Positions 37,266 through 47,789 of a DNA stretch of 64,000 bases are shown here, piece after piece (position 1 is the first letter of the stretch; every line of letters begins with the position of its first letter). The position numbers and the translations under genes are program-made. Below the pieces are notes generated by a model, which saw nothing but the letters and a program-made list of their open reading frames with translations, had not been told where the DNA came from and did not search any database. This DNA is from Planctomycetota bacterium (GTDB lineage Bacteria > Planctomycetota > SZUA-567 > H5-PLA8), in NCBI GenBank assembly GCA_038227875.1, contig JBBRPR010000030.1, forward strand, positions 1 through 64,000, read 5' to 3'.

Positions 37266-38651
37266 TTACTCGCCGGTGGTCTCGAGCGCCTTGCGGATAT
37301 GGGCCGTGTATTCGTCGACCAGCGCCTGCGCGGCTTCCTGCGTTCGGGCTTCGGCGATGATGCGCATGACCGGTTCCGTGTTGCTGGCGCGGAGATGGAC
37401 CCAGCGATCGTCCCAATCGAGGCGCAGTCCGTCTTCCGTGTTTGCGCGCGCGGATTGAGCGTCGGCTTTCAGCGTGCGGATCATCTCGCGGCTCTTGGCG
37501 GCCGGGCAGTCGATCTTGGTCTTGATCATGTGGTACTTCGGCAGCGCGTTCGCCAGCTGGCTGCAGCGCTTTCCACTGCGTGCCATCGATTCCAGGATCA
37601 GACCCATGCCGACAATCGCGTCGCGGCCGTAATGAATGCGCGGATCCATCACACCGCCGTTGCCTTCGCCGCCGATGATGGCTTTCAGTTCTTCCATCTT
37701 CTCCGCGACGTTCACTTCGCCCACGGCCGTGCGCACCACTTCGCAGCCCGCGGCGCGCGCGACGTCTTCGCTCACGCGGCTGGTCGACATGTTGATCACC
37801 ACTGGGCCGCTGCGATTAGTAGTGCGCGACAGCACGTACTGCGCGGCCAGCGCCAGCGAAAGTTCTTCGCCGAGGAATTCGCCGTCTTCGGAGACCACCG
37901 CGATGCGGTCGGCGTCCGGATCGGTCGCGAAGCCGATGTCCGCCCCGCGCTCCTTGGTGAAGCGGCAGAGGTCCTGCAGATTGATGAAATTCGGTTCCGG
38001 CGTGTGCGGGAAAAGTCCGTCGGGCGTGCAGTGAATCGGCTCGACCTGGCAGCCCAGCGCTCGCAGCAGTCGCAGGCTCACGCCAACGCCCGCGCCGTTG
38101 CAGCAGTCCAGCGCCACGCGGAACTTCTTCGACTTGATCAGCGGCACGTCGAGAATCGAGAGCACCGTGTCGACGTGGTGCGCTTCGGCGTCGGGAACCA
38201 GTTCGATGGTCTTCAGCGCGTCCCACGGCTTGCGGACGAAATCGCCGGAGTAATAAATGTTGAGCAGGTCGCGGCCTTCGTCGGCGTTGAGGTAAACGCC
38301 GTCGGCGCGGAAAAATTTGAGCGCGTTCCATTCGACCGGATTGTGGCTGGCGGAGATCACTACTCCGCCATCGGCGTGAAGCTGCTCGATCATCAGCGTC
38401 GCCGTCGGCGTGGCCACGACGCCGACGTCAATGATGGAGCAGCCGGTCGACAGCAGTCCGCTGAAGACGGCGCACTTCACCATTTCGCCAGAGACGCGCG
38501 TGTCGCGCCCGACCACCACGCGCCCGGAGTGCATATATGTTCCAAACGCCTCACCCAGCCGCACCAGCAATTCCGGCGTCAAACTTCGTCCTACAATCCC
38601 ACGCACTCCGGAGATGGAAATCATCAAGTCGCTGGTCTTGGGATGGCTCAT
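37266..38651 (-). CDS. Phosphohexomutase (phosphoglucosamine mutase/phosphomannomutase family)
   Basis: SASHNP, DPDADR, GGEGNGG, RASNTEP. Confidence 0.92.
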   Translation of the reverse strand: MSHPKTSDLMISISGVRGIVGRSLTPELLVRLGEAFGTYMHSGRVVVGRDTRVSGEMVKCAVFSGLLSTGCSIIDVGVVATPTATLMIEQLHADGGVVISASHNPVEWNALKFFRADGVYLNADEGRDLLNIYYSGDFVRKPWDALKTIELVPDAEAHHVDTVLSILDVPLIKSKKFRVALDCCNGAGVGVSLRLLRALGCQVEPIHCTPDGLFPHTPEPNFINLQDLCRFTKERGADIGFATDPDADRIAVVSEDGEFLGEELSLALAAQYVLSRTTNRSGPVVINMSTSRVSEDVARAAGCEVVRTAVGEVNVAEKMEELKAIIGGEGNGGVMDPRIHYGRDAIVGMGLILESMARSGKRCSQLANALPKYHMIKTKIDCPAAKSREMIRTLKADAQSARANTEDGLRLDWDDRWVHLRASNTEPVMRIIAEARTQEAAQALVDEYTAHIRKALETTGE

Positions 38652-38775
38652 CGTTTGAACGTGTCCTTACGCGTTAGTCATGGTGCGGGTGAAAACTTCA
38701 ACGGCCGTAAACTTAGTGCGAAGCCCGCGTCGTTGCGACTGCCAAAATCGCAAACTCCCAGGATGTTTCCTTGCC

Positions 38776-39732
38776 CTACTGTTTGATGATTGGCGGCGCG
38801 AGCCGTTTGATGCGGTACTGGACGCGGACCTGCCGCGCGGCGCTCTCTTTGCCGTACGCCACCGTGACATCCGTGGTGAATTCCTCGTTGAGCGTATCGA
38901 GCATCGAGAGCCGGTTGTCCATCACCGCGCTGCCGTCGACGGTCTCAACCGCATTAAGCGTGGCGGTCATCTGTCCCGGCGCGCTCAGGTCGGGAATGAC
39001 ATATGGTGTTCCACCGTCCTGGGGCGCCACGCGCGAAAACGAGTAGCGCGTCTTCTCGCCCCCGTCAGTTGAAGCGGGGGCCGCCACGGGCTTTGTGCGG
39101 ACGGGGCGCAGCGCAGATTCGGCCTTGGCCGTCGCAGCGGCCGGTTCAGCCAGGCAGAGAAAAATGTCCTGATCGTCGGCCTGCACTTTCAATCCCAGAT
39201 CGTTATCGATCAAGGACGCCAGACTCTTGAATGACTTTTTGCGCCAACCACCGGCGGTCTCGACTTCCTTCGCCCATTCAATGAAATTGCCCGGCTTGCG
39301 GTCACGGATGTGCAGCGCGCCATCGGCGCCGAGCTGCACGTCCCACCGCGCGGCCTTCAGCGCACCCTCAATCGCCTTGCCGATCACGCGGCTCTTTTCC
39401 TTCTGCGTTTCGGGGTCATCGGATTGCGATGAATAGATGATTACTTCCGGCAGCGTTACGCGCGGCGAATCAAAGCGCATCGTGGCCTTGCCTTCGGATG
39501 CGACTTCGAAAATCAGGATGCCGGCGACTTCAGTTTTGCGCTGGTCGGCCGGCTCTTTCAAATTGGGCGCCAGGGTAATTGCTTTGTAATAATCGAAGCG
39601 GTAGACGTCGCCCGCTTTCCATGCGTAGGTGCCGCCCGCATTCGGGGCCGGTGCCGGCGCCACGTCCGTCGCCCGGACGGCAAGTGTGACCAACACCACA
39701 CTCAGCGCCGCAAGGCGCGCAAACTTCATCAT
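38776..39732 (-). CDS. Exported hypothetical protein
   Basis: Signal peptide MMKFARLAALSVVLVTLAVRA. Confidence 0.65.
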   Translation of the reverse strand: MMKFARLAALSVVLVTLAVRATDVAPAPAPNAGGTYAWKAGDVYRFDYYKAITLAPNLKEPADQRKTEVAGILIFEVASEGKATMRFDSPRVTLPEVIIYSSQSDDPETQKEKSRVIGKAIEGALKAARWDVQLGADGALHIRDRKPGNFIEWAKEVETAGGWRKKSFKSLASLIDNDLGLKVQADDQDIFLCLAEPAAATAKAESALRPVRTKPVAAPASTDGGEKTRYSFSRVAPQDGGTPYVIPDLSAPGQMTATLNAVETVDGSAVMDNRLSMLDTLNEEFTTDVTVAYGKESAARQVRVQYRIKRLAPPIIKQ

Positions 39733-39933
39733 CAATCCCTTTCGATTCAATTTCATAAGCGGCAAATCTATGCCACGATTGACGGCTCGAACAGTCGAGA
39801 CTTCATGAAAAAGTGGCAGCTCTTGGGACGTGAAGCGGACGCGGCCCACAATAATTCCATTTAATGTAACTCAAGCACCGGCGGCCCACGTCTTTTCGGC
39901 GCGCGTGTCTCGCCCCTAAAGAGCCCAGAGCCG

Positions 39934-41535
39934 TCAGATATTCTTCGACGGCCGCTCGATGCCCAGCTTCGAGACGCGGTAACGGATCGAGCGGAAGGTC
40001 ATGTTGAGCAATTTCGCCGCCTCCGTCAGATTCCAATTGGAACGCTCCAGCGCTTGAAGAATGTACGCGCGCTCACGGTCGAGCAGGTGTTTTTCCAGAT
40101 CGATGCCGTTGGGAGGCAGCAACAGGTCGGCTTCCGCGGAGGTAATCGACGCGGTGGAACTGAGGCCCGACATGTGGGTGTCATTGATCGAATGACTCTG
40201 CTGCGGCGCATGCTGTTGCGGTGGATGATTCGTGGCGTAGCTGTGCGGCTGTGCGGAATAGGCCGGCGGAGACATGCGTGCCGACGGATGCGATTCGGAC
40301 GCGAAGCGGCCGCTCGTCGCCGCCGACCCGCCGAGCACCGGACCGGCCAGATCGGCCAGTGTGATGCGATCGCCACGGGACAACGCCACGGCACGCTCAA
40401 TTGTGTTTTCCAGCTGCCGCACATTGCCGGGCCAGGCGTACGCAACCAGGCGCTCGATCACGGCGTCGTCAATCTTGGCGATCTGCTTGCCCATGCGCTT
40501 GGCAAACTTGGCCAGGAAGTGTCCCGCCAGCAGCGGCACATCTTCCTTGCGTTCGCGCAGGGGCGGCAGCTCGATGGGAATGACATTGAGCCGGTAGTAA
40601 AGGTCTTCGCGGAACTGGCCTTCGATCGCCATCTGCGCCAGGTTGCGGTTGGTCGCGGCGATGATGCGCACGTCGACCTTTGTTTCCTTCGTACCACCGA
40701 CGGGCTTGAAGCTGCGCGTTTCCAGCACTCGCAGCAGTTTGACCTGCGTGGGCATGGTTAGTTCGCCCACTTCGTCGAGGAAGAGCGTGCCGCGGTCGGC
40801 GCTTTCGAAGACACCCTTGCGGTCGGCGATGGCGTTGGTGAACGAGCCCTTGATGTGGCCGAAGAGTTCCGATTCGAGCAGCGTTTCGGCGAACGCACCG
40901 CAGTTGACCGGCACGAACGGCTGCTCAGCGCGCAGCGAGCCAAGATGAATCGCGCGCGCGATCAATTCCTTGCCGGTGCCACTTTCACCGGTGATGAGAA
41001 TCGTCGAATCGGTCGGCGCGACGCGGTCCACGAGACTGGAGACTTGCGCCATCACCGAGGTATTGCTGACCATGTCGAGGTACTGCAAACCCGAGCGCGG
41101 CGTCTTTCGGCCGAATGCATGACGTTCCAGCGCGCGGGCCACGGCCTCGCGAATTTCAATCGTATCGAACGGTTTTGGTAGATGCGTGTACGCGCCCAGA
41201 CGCATCGCTTCGACTGCGCTTTCGTTAGTTCCGAATGCAGTGAGAACGATCGATGGCGTGTCGGGAAAGCGCTCCTTTACTGCTTTCAGGAACTTCAGCC
41301 CATCCATCTTGGGCATTTTCAAATCCTGGATAATCAAGTCCACGTGTTCCTTGGCCATCATCTCCAAGGCCTGCTCCCCATCATCCGTATCCAACACCAA
41401 ATAGCCTTCACCTTCAAGGATCCCCTTGAGGAGGCTCCGGAGGGAATTTTCGTCATCGAGCACGAGGATGCGCCGACGCGTGGCCGTTCGCGTCGCTCCA
41501 CTGGTGCCCGAAGATGTCGAATGCTCTGTCGCCAT
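39934..41535 (-). CDS. pilR: Sigma54-dependent response regulator (PilR/NtrC family)
   Basis: REC domain, GESGTGKE, ESELFGH.KGSFTNA, FREDLYYRL, C-terminal FRSIRYR..KLGI; lies downstream of pilC and kinase. Confidence 0.8.
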   Translation of the reverse strand: MATEHSTSSGTSGATRTATRRRILVLDDENSLRSLLKGILEGEGYLVLDTDDGEQALEMMAKEHVDLIIQDLKMPKMDGLKFLKAVKERFPDTPSIVLTAFGTNESAVEAMRLGAYTHLPKPFDTIEIREAVARALERHAFGRKTPRSGLQYLDMVSNTSVMAQVSSLVDRVAPTDSTILITGESGTGKELIARAIHLGSLRAEQPFVPVNCGAFAETLLESELFGHIKGSFTNAIADRKGVFESADRGTLFLDEVGELTMPTQVKLLRVLETRSFKPVGGTKETKVDVRIIAATNRNLAQMAIEGQFREDLYYRLNVIPIELPPLRERKEDVPLLAGHFLAKFAKRMGKQIAKIDDAVIERLVAYAWPGNVRQLENTIERAVALSRGDRITLADLAGPVLGGSAATSGRFASESHPSARMSPPAYSAQPHSYATNHPPQQHAPQQSHSINDTHMSGLSSTASITSAEADLLLPPNGIDLEKHLLDRERAYILQALERSNWNLTEAAKLLNMTFRSIRYRVSKLGIERPSKNI

Positions 41536-41548
41536 GCTCGCCCTGATT

Positions 41549-43330
41549 TTAAACGGTTGCCGCCCGCGGTCCACTCGTGGATGCGCTGGGCTTTAAATCG
41601 ACCGGCAGCCAGACGCGGAACGTCGTCCCCTGCCCCTGGCGGCTCTCCACCGTCACCAGTCCCTCGTGTGTCTGCATGATACGCTCAACGATAGCCAAAC
41701 CCAACCCCGTACCCGCATTTTTTGTGGTATAAAACGGCTCGAAAATCTGCGCGCAGACTTGCGGCGTCATGCCGCATCCTGTATCGGAAATTTCGACCAA
41801 CACGCCCGGACGGTTGACGCGCCCGCCGATCTGGTCGGGGTTGATTTCCTTGATCGAATGCAGCGCCGCCACCTTCACGACCATGCTCAATTCTTTTTTC
41901 GGTGAGGTCGCCATTGCGTGCATGGCGTTGACGCCGAGATTCAAAAAGACCTGCCGGAGTTGCTCCGAATCGGCCAGAAACGGTTCGCCTTCGTCGCCGC
42001 TGAGCGTGATGGCAATGTCTTTCGCTTCGGGCCGCGCGGAGAGGAGGATCTTGACATCAGAAAGTACGCGACCCATGTCGGTCTCGGCCAGCTTCGGCGC
42101 GCGCATGCGGGCAAAACGCAGAAAGTCGGTGATGATCTGGTCGAGGCGGTCGGACTCCGACAGCACAATGTCCAGCAGGACTTTCTTCGAATCCGGAATC
42201 TGCACCGCGCGCCCGATTTCCTGAACCGCGCCGCGGATCGACGCCAGCGGATTGCGGATTTCGTGGGCGATCGTCGCGGAAATCTGTCCCATCGTCTCGA
42301 TGCGCTGACGGTGCTTCAGGAATTCTTCCATCTTCTTTTCAGCAGTGATGTCGTCGAGCACCACCATCAGGCCGCGCAGGTCCTTGCTGTCACCTTCCAA
42401 AATCGGCACCAGACGGATGCCCAACGGAACGGAGGTGTTGTCGGCGCGCTTGAAATTCAAGTCCATGCGCCTTGGGCTGCGCTCGGAAAGCGCCTCCTTG
42501 GCCAGATCATCGATGCTCGAACCCAATACCTGAAGCAGGTTGGGCGGGCGCGAGGCCGGATCGAATTTCAATAAGCGCTGGAACTCGCGGTTGAAGTACA
42601 GCGTGTTGCGTTGCCGGTCGAGGACCAGCACGCCCTCGCCGATGCCTTCCAGAATTTCGTCGTGCAGCAGCCGCGCCACTGCCAGGCGCTCAGCCAGCGT
42701 ACCGGCCAGCAGGCCCGTCAGAAAGAACGCACAGACGGGCAACAGGAGCAGGCGTACGAAGTCCAGAATGGACAGATGTTGGTACTTGGCAATCTGCGCC
42801 GCGAGCGCCTGGACTTTGAAGTTGTCGGGAATGACGTTGATGCTATAGAGCAGGGTGACGAGGCTAAACAGAGTTGCCGACACAGCTGCCGCCATGATCG
42901 AGACATTCCACTTTAAAACGAATGCTGCCGAACAAATGGAGATGAGGTAGAGCACGACAAACTGGCTGTCGACGCCGCCGGTGTTCCAGATCAGCGCGGA
43001 GATCAGAAAAATGTCCACAAAGATCTGCACAAACGCCAGTTTCGGCGCGTGCCCGCGGTTGGTCTCGGAGATGCGCGCGATCGGCACGTAGATCAGCGTC
43101 AGCGCGCAGATGATGATCGCAACCAGGCCCGGCGGACGGAAATACAACGGCGGTTCGGCGGGATCGCTGAGCGCCGAGTGTCCGGTGCGCGGACCGTGCG
43201 TCTGAGCGAGCTGAAATTCGTGGATGATCAACACCGTCAGCGCCAGCGTCGCCAGCAATAGACGGATGCCAATAAGAATCTGATTGCCGCGGAGGGTGCG
43301 GGTCTGGCGTTCAACGAAAGTATCGAGCAC
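41549..43330 (-). CDS. pilS: Membrane sensor histidine kinase (PilS-like)
   Basis: TM region with TGG..S.F..LY; AHEIRNPL; FEPFYTTK..GTGLGL. Confidence 0.8.
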   Translation of the reverse strand: MLDTFVERQTRTLRGNQILIGIRLLLATLALTVLIIHEFQLAQTHGPRTGHSALSDPAEPPLYFRPPGLVAIIICALTLIYVPIARISETNRGHAPKLAFVQIFVDIFLISALIWNTGGVDSQFVVLYLISICSAAFVLKWNVSIMAAAVSATLFSLVTLLYSINVIPDNFKVQALAAQIAKYQHLSILDFVRLLLLPVCAFFLTGLLAGTLAERLAVARLLHDEILEGIGEGVLVLDRQRNTLYFNREFQRLLKFDPASRPPNLLQVLGSSIDDLAKEALSERSPRRMDLNFKRADNTSVPLGIRLVPILEGDSKDLRGLMVVLDDITAEKKMEEFLKHRQRIETMGQISATIAHEIRNPLASIRGAVQEIGRAVQIPDSKKVLLDIVLSESDRLDQIITDFLRFARMRAPKLAETDMGRVLSDVKILLSARPEAKDIAITLSGDEGEPFLADSEQLRQVFLNLGVNAMHAMATSPKKELSMVVKVAALHSIKEINPDQIGGRVNRPGVLVEISDTGCGMTPQVCAQIFEPFYTTKNAGTGLGLAIVERIMQTHEGLVTVESRQGQGTTFRVWLPVDLKPSASTSGPRAATV

Positions 43331-43431
43331 GACGGCCCCTCAGGGAATCACGAACGCACGGCCTGCTGCTTAAAGCCGTGCGGTAATCGGAACCCCCCGT
43401 TCCGTTTTTTGTATTCTGTCGAGCCGGAATT

Positions 43432-44697
43432 TTACTTCTTACGCAACTGATCCTGAATCTTGAAGATCGGCAGGAAGACGGACAACACGATGCCGCCCAC
43501 CATGACGCCCATCACGCCGATCATGATCGGTTCGATCAACGCGGTCAGCGATTCGACGGTGGCTTCGACCTGCTGGTCGTAGAATTCCGAGATCTTCTCG
43601 AGCAACTGTTCGAGCGCGCCGGACTTTTCACCGATCGCGATCATGCGCACCACCATCGGCGGGAAGACCACCGATTCCGAAAGCGGCTTGGCCAGATTTT
43701 CGCCCTGCCGGATTGATTCGCGGGCATTGTTCACGGCTTCTTCAACGACGCGGTTGCCGGCCGTCGAGGCCACGATTTCCAGCGCGCCGAGGATCGGCAC
43801 GCCGGAGCGCAGCAGCGTGGCGAATGTTTTCGAGAAGCGCGAGAGCGCGACCTTCTGCAACAGGTCGCCGAAGACTGGCAGCTTCAACATCAAGCGGTCC
43901 CACGTGTAACCGCCGGAATCTGTGGAGCGCCACCACTGGATGATCAGTCCGATGCCCAACAGAATGATCGCCGTCTGGAGCGCGTAGTTGGTCATGATCT
44001 TGGAAATGCCAAGCACGATTTTCGTCGGCAGAGGCAATTCAACGCGCAGCGATTTGAAGATGTCCTGGAACTTCGGGATGATGAACACGAGCAGGAAGGT
44101 GGTGATGCCGGTGATCATCACCATTGAGATGATCGGGTAGGTCATCGCGCCCTTGATTTCGCGCTTCAGCTTTTCGCTGCTTTCAAGGTACTCGGCGAGA
44201 CGCTGCAAGATGGTGTCGAGCTGTCCGGATGCTTCACCAGCCTTGATCATGTTCACGTAAATGCGTTCGAAGACGCGGGGGTGCTTGCCCAGGGACTGGC
44301 TGAGGTCGCTACCGCCACGGACGTCGTCGACAATCTGGCCCAGGGCTTTGTGGAAGCCGGGGTCTTCGGCCTGTTCCTGGAGAATGTTCAAACATTCCAA
44401 GACGGGAATACCGGCGCCGATCATCGTCGAAAATTGGCGCGTGAAGATCACCAGCATTTCGCCGGTTACTTTCGGATGCTGCGGTCCCAACGAGATGTTG
44501 AAGTTGAAACCCTTCTTTTCGGCCTTCTCGCCGGGCTTGCCTGGAGCCCCGCCGCCGCCGGCCTCTTCTGAGACCGACAACACCTGCAGGTTCTCCTTAC
44601 GGAGATTGTTCAGCACCTCGTCTTTGGTGGCGCCCTCAACCGTCTGCGAGACGCGCTTACCAGCCGCATCGCGTGCCACGTACTTGAACTTGGGCAT
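43432..44697 (-). CDS. pilC: Type IV pilus platform protein PilC/GspF
   Basis: FTRQFSTMI.AG.P, AGEASGQL, YP, GEKSG.L, IEP. Confidence 0.9.
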   Translation of the reverse strand: MPKFKYVARDAAGKRVSQTVEGATKDEVLNNLRKENLQVLSVSEEAGGGGAPGKPGEKAEKKGFNFNISLGPQHPKVTGEMLVIFTRQFSTMIGAGIPVLECLNILQEQAEDPGFHKALGQIVDDVRGGSDLSQSLGKHPRVFERIYVNMIKAGEASGQLDTILQRLAEYLESSEKLKREIKGAMTYPIISMVMITGITTFLLVFIIPKFQDIFKSLRVELPLPTKIVLGISKIMTNYALQTAIILLGIGLIIQWWRSTDSGGYTWDRLMLKLPVFGDLLQKVALSRFSKTFATLLRSGVPILGALEIVASTAGNRVVEEAVNNARESIRQGENLAKPLSESVVFPPMVVRMIAIGEKSGALEQLLEKISEFYDQQVEATVESLTALIEPIMIGVMGVMVGGIVLSVFLPIFKIQDQLRKK

Positions 44698-44821
44698 AAC
44701 GCTTCTCCTAAGCCCCAAACAGGCTTTTAATGCAACTGCCGCTTCTGACTTGACCGCATCAATGTAACCAAACGTTCCCAACTTTCACATGAATTATTGT
44801 GCAGCACCTTGCAGCACAACC

Positions 44822-46546
44822 TTAAATTATTGTATCGTCCGGCCGCGCGGTGCCGATGGCTTCCGGCAACGAAGTCAGGCCCTGTTTCACCTTCTCCATG
44901 CAGTCTTCGAACATGGTGCGCATTCCGGCTCGGCGGGCAGCGCCCTTCAACTCATCCGCGGTCGCGTGCTTGTTGATCAAGGTGCGTAGTTCGTCGGACA
45001 TCTTCAGCAGCTCGTGGATACCGACGCGACCCTTGTAGCCGGAGCCCGAGCATTTCGGACAGCCACCTGGCCGCATGATTTTACCGATCGGCGCATCATC
45101 TTTGGCGCGCCGGAGCAAAGCCATCTCGTCTTCGGTCGGATCTCCTGCAACTTTACAGGCGCAGAGTCGGCGCAACAGACGCTGGGCGCAGATGCAGACC
45201 ATGCAGGTCGAGACCATGAACGGTTCGATGTCCATTTCACCGAAGCGATTGATCGTCGATGGCGCATCATTGGTGTGGAGCGTGGAGAACAGCACGTGTC
45301 CGGTGAGCGCCGCTTCGATCGCGATTTCCGCCGTTTCCGTATCGCGGATTTCGCCCACGAGGATGATGTCCGGGTCTTGTCGCAGGTAGCAGCGCAACGC
45401 GGCGGCGAAGGTCAGACCGATATCCTTTTTCATCTGCATCTGATTCAGGCGCGGCAGCGTGTATTCGATCGGGTCTTCGGCCGTCGAGATGTTCCATTCC
45501 GGCGTGTTGATTTCATTGAGCGCGGCGTAGAGCGTCATTGACTTGCCCGAACCAGTCGGGCCGCAATGCAGGATCATGCCGTAGGGCACCTGGATCAAAT
45601 CGCGGTACATCGTCAGGTTGTAGGAAGAGAAACCGAGCTTCTCCAGCGGCAAGCAGGACTTGGTCTTGTCAAGGATACGCGCGCAGACCTTTTCGCCGTG
45701 ATTCATCGGCGCCGTGGAAACGCGCAAGTCGAGGTCGAATTTCGGATTGAACTTCTTGAAGACAATACGACCGTCCTGCGGCAACCGGCGTTCGGAGATG
45801 TTCAAGTCGCTCATGATCTTGATGCGGCTGATCAGCGCGCGGTGCGAGGACTTGGGCAGCTGCATCTGGTCTTTCAGAATACCGTCGATGCGGTACCGCA
45901 CGTAGACGCGGTCTTCCGCCGGTTCGATGTGAATATCGGATGCGCCCTGCAGGTATGCGTCTTCGACGATGCGGTTGCCGAGCTTCACGATCGGCGCGGA
46001 GTTTTCATTTTCTTCTTCCTGATTGACCGACGGGCCGTTCATCGAGTCCTGCAGGCCCATCTGGTCTTCGAGCATCTTGGCCGTGGCGGCCAGTTCGCCG
46101 GCAACATCGACGGTCTTCTTGAAGGCCTTGTCGATCGCTTTCTTGATCGCGACTTCCGTGGCCAGCACCGGCACGATTTCGCACCCGGTGACCAGTTTCA
46201 CGTCGTCCAGCAGCAGCACGTCGAAAGGATTGGCGATAGCCAGCGTCAGCATCTTCCCCAGCTTGGCCACGGGAAAGACCTGGTAGTTGTTCGCCTGCTC
46301 TTCGCTGAGCAGCTCCAGCGCTTCCGGCGAGGCATCGATCTTGGAGAGATTGATCGGGTAGTAGTTCATCTCTTCGGCGACGGACGTGATGATCGTGCCT
46401 TCGTCGCAGAAATTCTTATCGATGAGCGTCTGGGTCAGGGAGGCGTTGTTTTTTTCGCAATCCGCGAGTGCTTCGTCGCGCTGCTGCTCGGTCAGCACCT
46501 TTGTCTTGGTTAGAATCGCCGCCAGCTTTTTGTCGAACTTGGCCAT
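44822..46546 (-). CDS. pilB: Type IV pilus assembly ATPase PilB/GspE
   Basis: ASDIHIEP, ERRLPQDGR, GPTGSGKS, LRQDPD, STLHTND, Zn Cys pairs. Confidence 0.9.
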   Translation of the reverse strand: MAKFDKKLAAILTKTKVLTEQQRDEALADCEKNNASLTQTLIDKNFCDEGTIITSVAEEMNYYPINLSKIDASPEALELLSEEQANNYQVFPVAKLGKMLTLAIANPFDVLLLDDVKLVTGCEIVPVLATEVAIKKAIDKAFKKTVDVAGELAATAKMLEDQMGLQDSMNGPSVNQEEENENSAPIVKLGNRIVEDAYLQGASDIHIEPAEDRVYVRYRIDGILKDQMQLPKSSHRALISRIKIMSDLNISERRLPQDGRIVFKKFNPKFDLDLRVSTAPMNHGEKVCARILDKTKSCLPLEKLGFSSYNLTMYRDLIQVPYGMILHCGPTGSGKSMTLYAALNEINTPEWNISTAEDPIEYTLPRLNQMQMKKDIGLTFAAALRCYLRQDPDIILVGEIRDTETAEIAIEAALTGHVLFSTLHTNDAPSTINRFGEMDIEPFMVSTCMVCICAQRLLRRLCACKVAGDPTEDEMALLRRAKDDAPIGKIMRPGGCPKCSGSGYKGRVGIHELLKMSDELRTLINKHATADELKGAARRAGMRTMFEDCMEKVKQGLTSLPEAIGTARPDDTII

Positions 46547-46632
46547 GCGTCAGAACCTTTTTATCGCACTGTTTCGCGTCTATCGTGAAGTTGAGCTACC
46601 TGCGCAGCGCCCGATGGCGCAGCGGCGACCCG

Positions 46633-47721
46633 CTACGATTTCTTGAACAAGCCCAGCAACCCGGTGCCGGACTTGGGAGCCGGCGGACTGCCGGTCTTGG
46701 TCTGCCCGGCGGGAGCCGGCGTTTCGTTTTTCTCCTGACCTTGTGGAGGAGGAGGCGGCGGCGTGGCATTGGCCGGCTTGAATCCCGCCAGCGCCGACAA
46801 CTTCTGCGATCCGGCCGACGACTTCGACGCGGAGGGCACCTGCTGATTCATGCCACTGATCGCCGCCGGCGGCTTGGCGCCCAGCGGTCCGGAAGGAAGA
46901 GGCGGAACCGGCGTCTGCGTCGCTTTGAACATGCTTGACGCCGAAGCTGCCGCCGGTGCGGCAGGCGGTCCCGACTTGAAAACATTCGAAGACGTCACTG
47001 CCGGAGCTCCGCCGGACTTGGTCGCAAATCCCGGTGCCGGAGGTTTGGGCGGCGCATTGACCGCAACGGCCGCGCCGGACTTTCCGGCGTTCTTCATGAA
47101 CGATGGCACGGCAGGAGCCGCCGCCGCTGGAGCCGGTGGCGGCGGAACGCCGGGCACCGCTTTCGCGCCCGCGGGCGCACCCATCGGCGTGGTCGGAGCC
47201 GCGACGGCTCCGGGCTGCGGCGTCATGTCCAGCAGCATCGTGCCCAGGCTGGTGAGCTCCGACTGTTCCTTCTTGAAGTCCTTGGCGTACTTTTCCAGCG
47301 CCGTGCGAATGTCCTTCCACGTGCTCACAAACTGATGAACCTTGCAGCCGCTGCAGCGTTCCAGTTCGTCCAGCACGTCGTGGTTCATCAGGCCGGCACC
47401 GACGATCACCAGCACCCTTCCGATCTTGTCACAGGCCAGGAACTGGTATTCGTAGTACATGCGTTCGGGGAAAATATTCAGAACTTCAGGGGTGACGTGA
47501 AACTGCAGCGCCGAGGCAAAGGGAAGATTGAACTGCTGCACAATCGTCTGCGCGATCACTTCTTCGGTGACAAAGCCGAGTTTGACCAGCGCTTCGCCCA
47601 GGAACAGATTGCTCTTGCGCTGTTCTTCCAGCGCTGCGCGAATCTGGTCGTCGGAGACCAAGCCTTCTGCCTGGAGCAACTCTCCCAGGCGGCGTTTTGT
47701 CATTCGCGTGATTCGGGCCAC
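46633..47721 (-). CDS. Stand-alone MshEN (c-di-GMP-binding) protein with long Pro/Ala tail
   Basis: RRLGELLQAEGLVSDDQIRAALEEQ...LGEALVKLGFV; low-complexity C-half. Confidence 0.8.
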   Translation of the reverse strand: MARITRMTKRRLGELLQAEGLVSDDQIRAALEEQRKSNLFLGEALVKLGFVTEEVIAQTIVQQFNLPFASALQFHVTPEVLNIFPERMYYEYQFLACDKIGRVLVIVGAGLMNHDVLDELERCSGCKVHQFVSTWKDIRTALEKYAKDFKKEQSELTSLGTMLLDMTPQPGAVAAPTTPMGAPAGAKAVPGVPPPPAPAAAAPAVPSFMKNAGKSGAAVAVNAPPKPPAPGFATKSGGAPAVTSSNVFKSGPPAAPAAASASSMFKATQTPVPPLPSGPLGAKPPAAISGMNQQVPSASKSSAGSQKLSALAGFKPANATPPPPPPQGQEKNETPAPAGQTKTGSPPAPKSGTGLLGLFKKS

Positions 47722-47789
47722 AGGTCACTCCCACACAGTTCTGTTGCGAAGCGTTGTTGCCGTTACTGTCCGACCTTGGCGTTTCGGTA

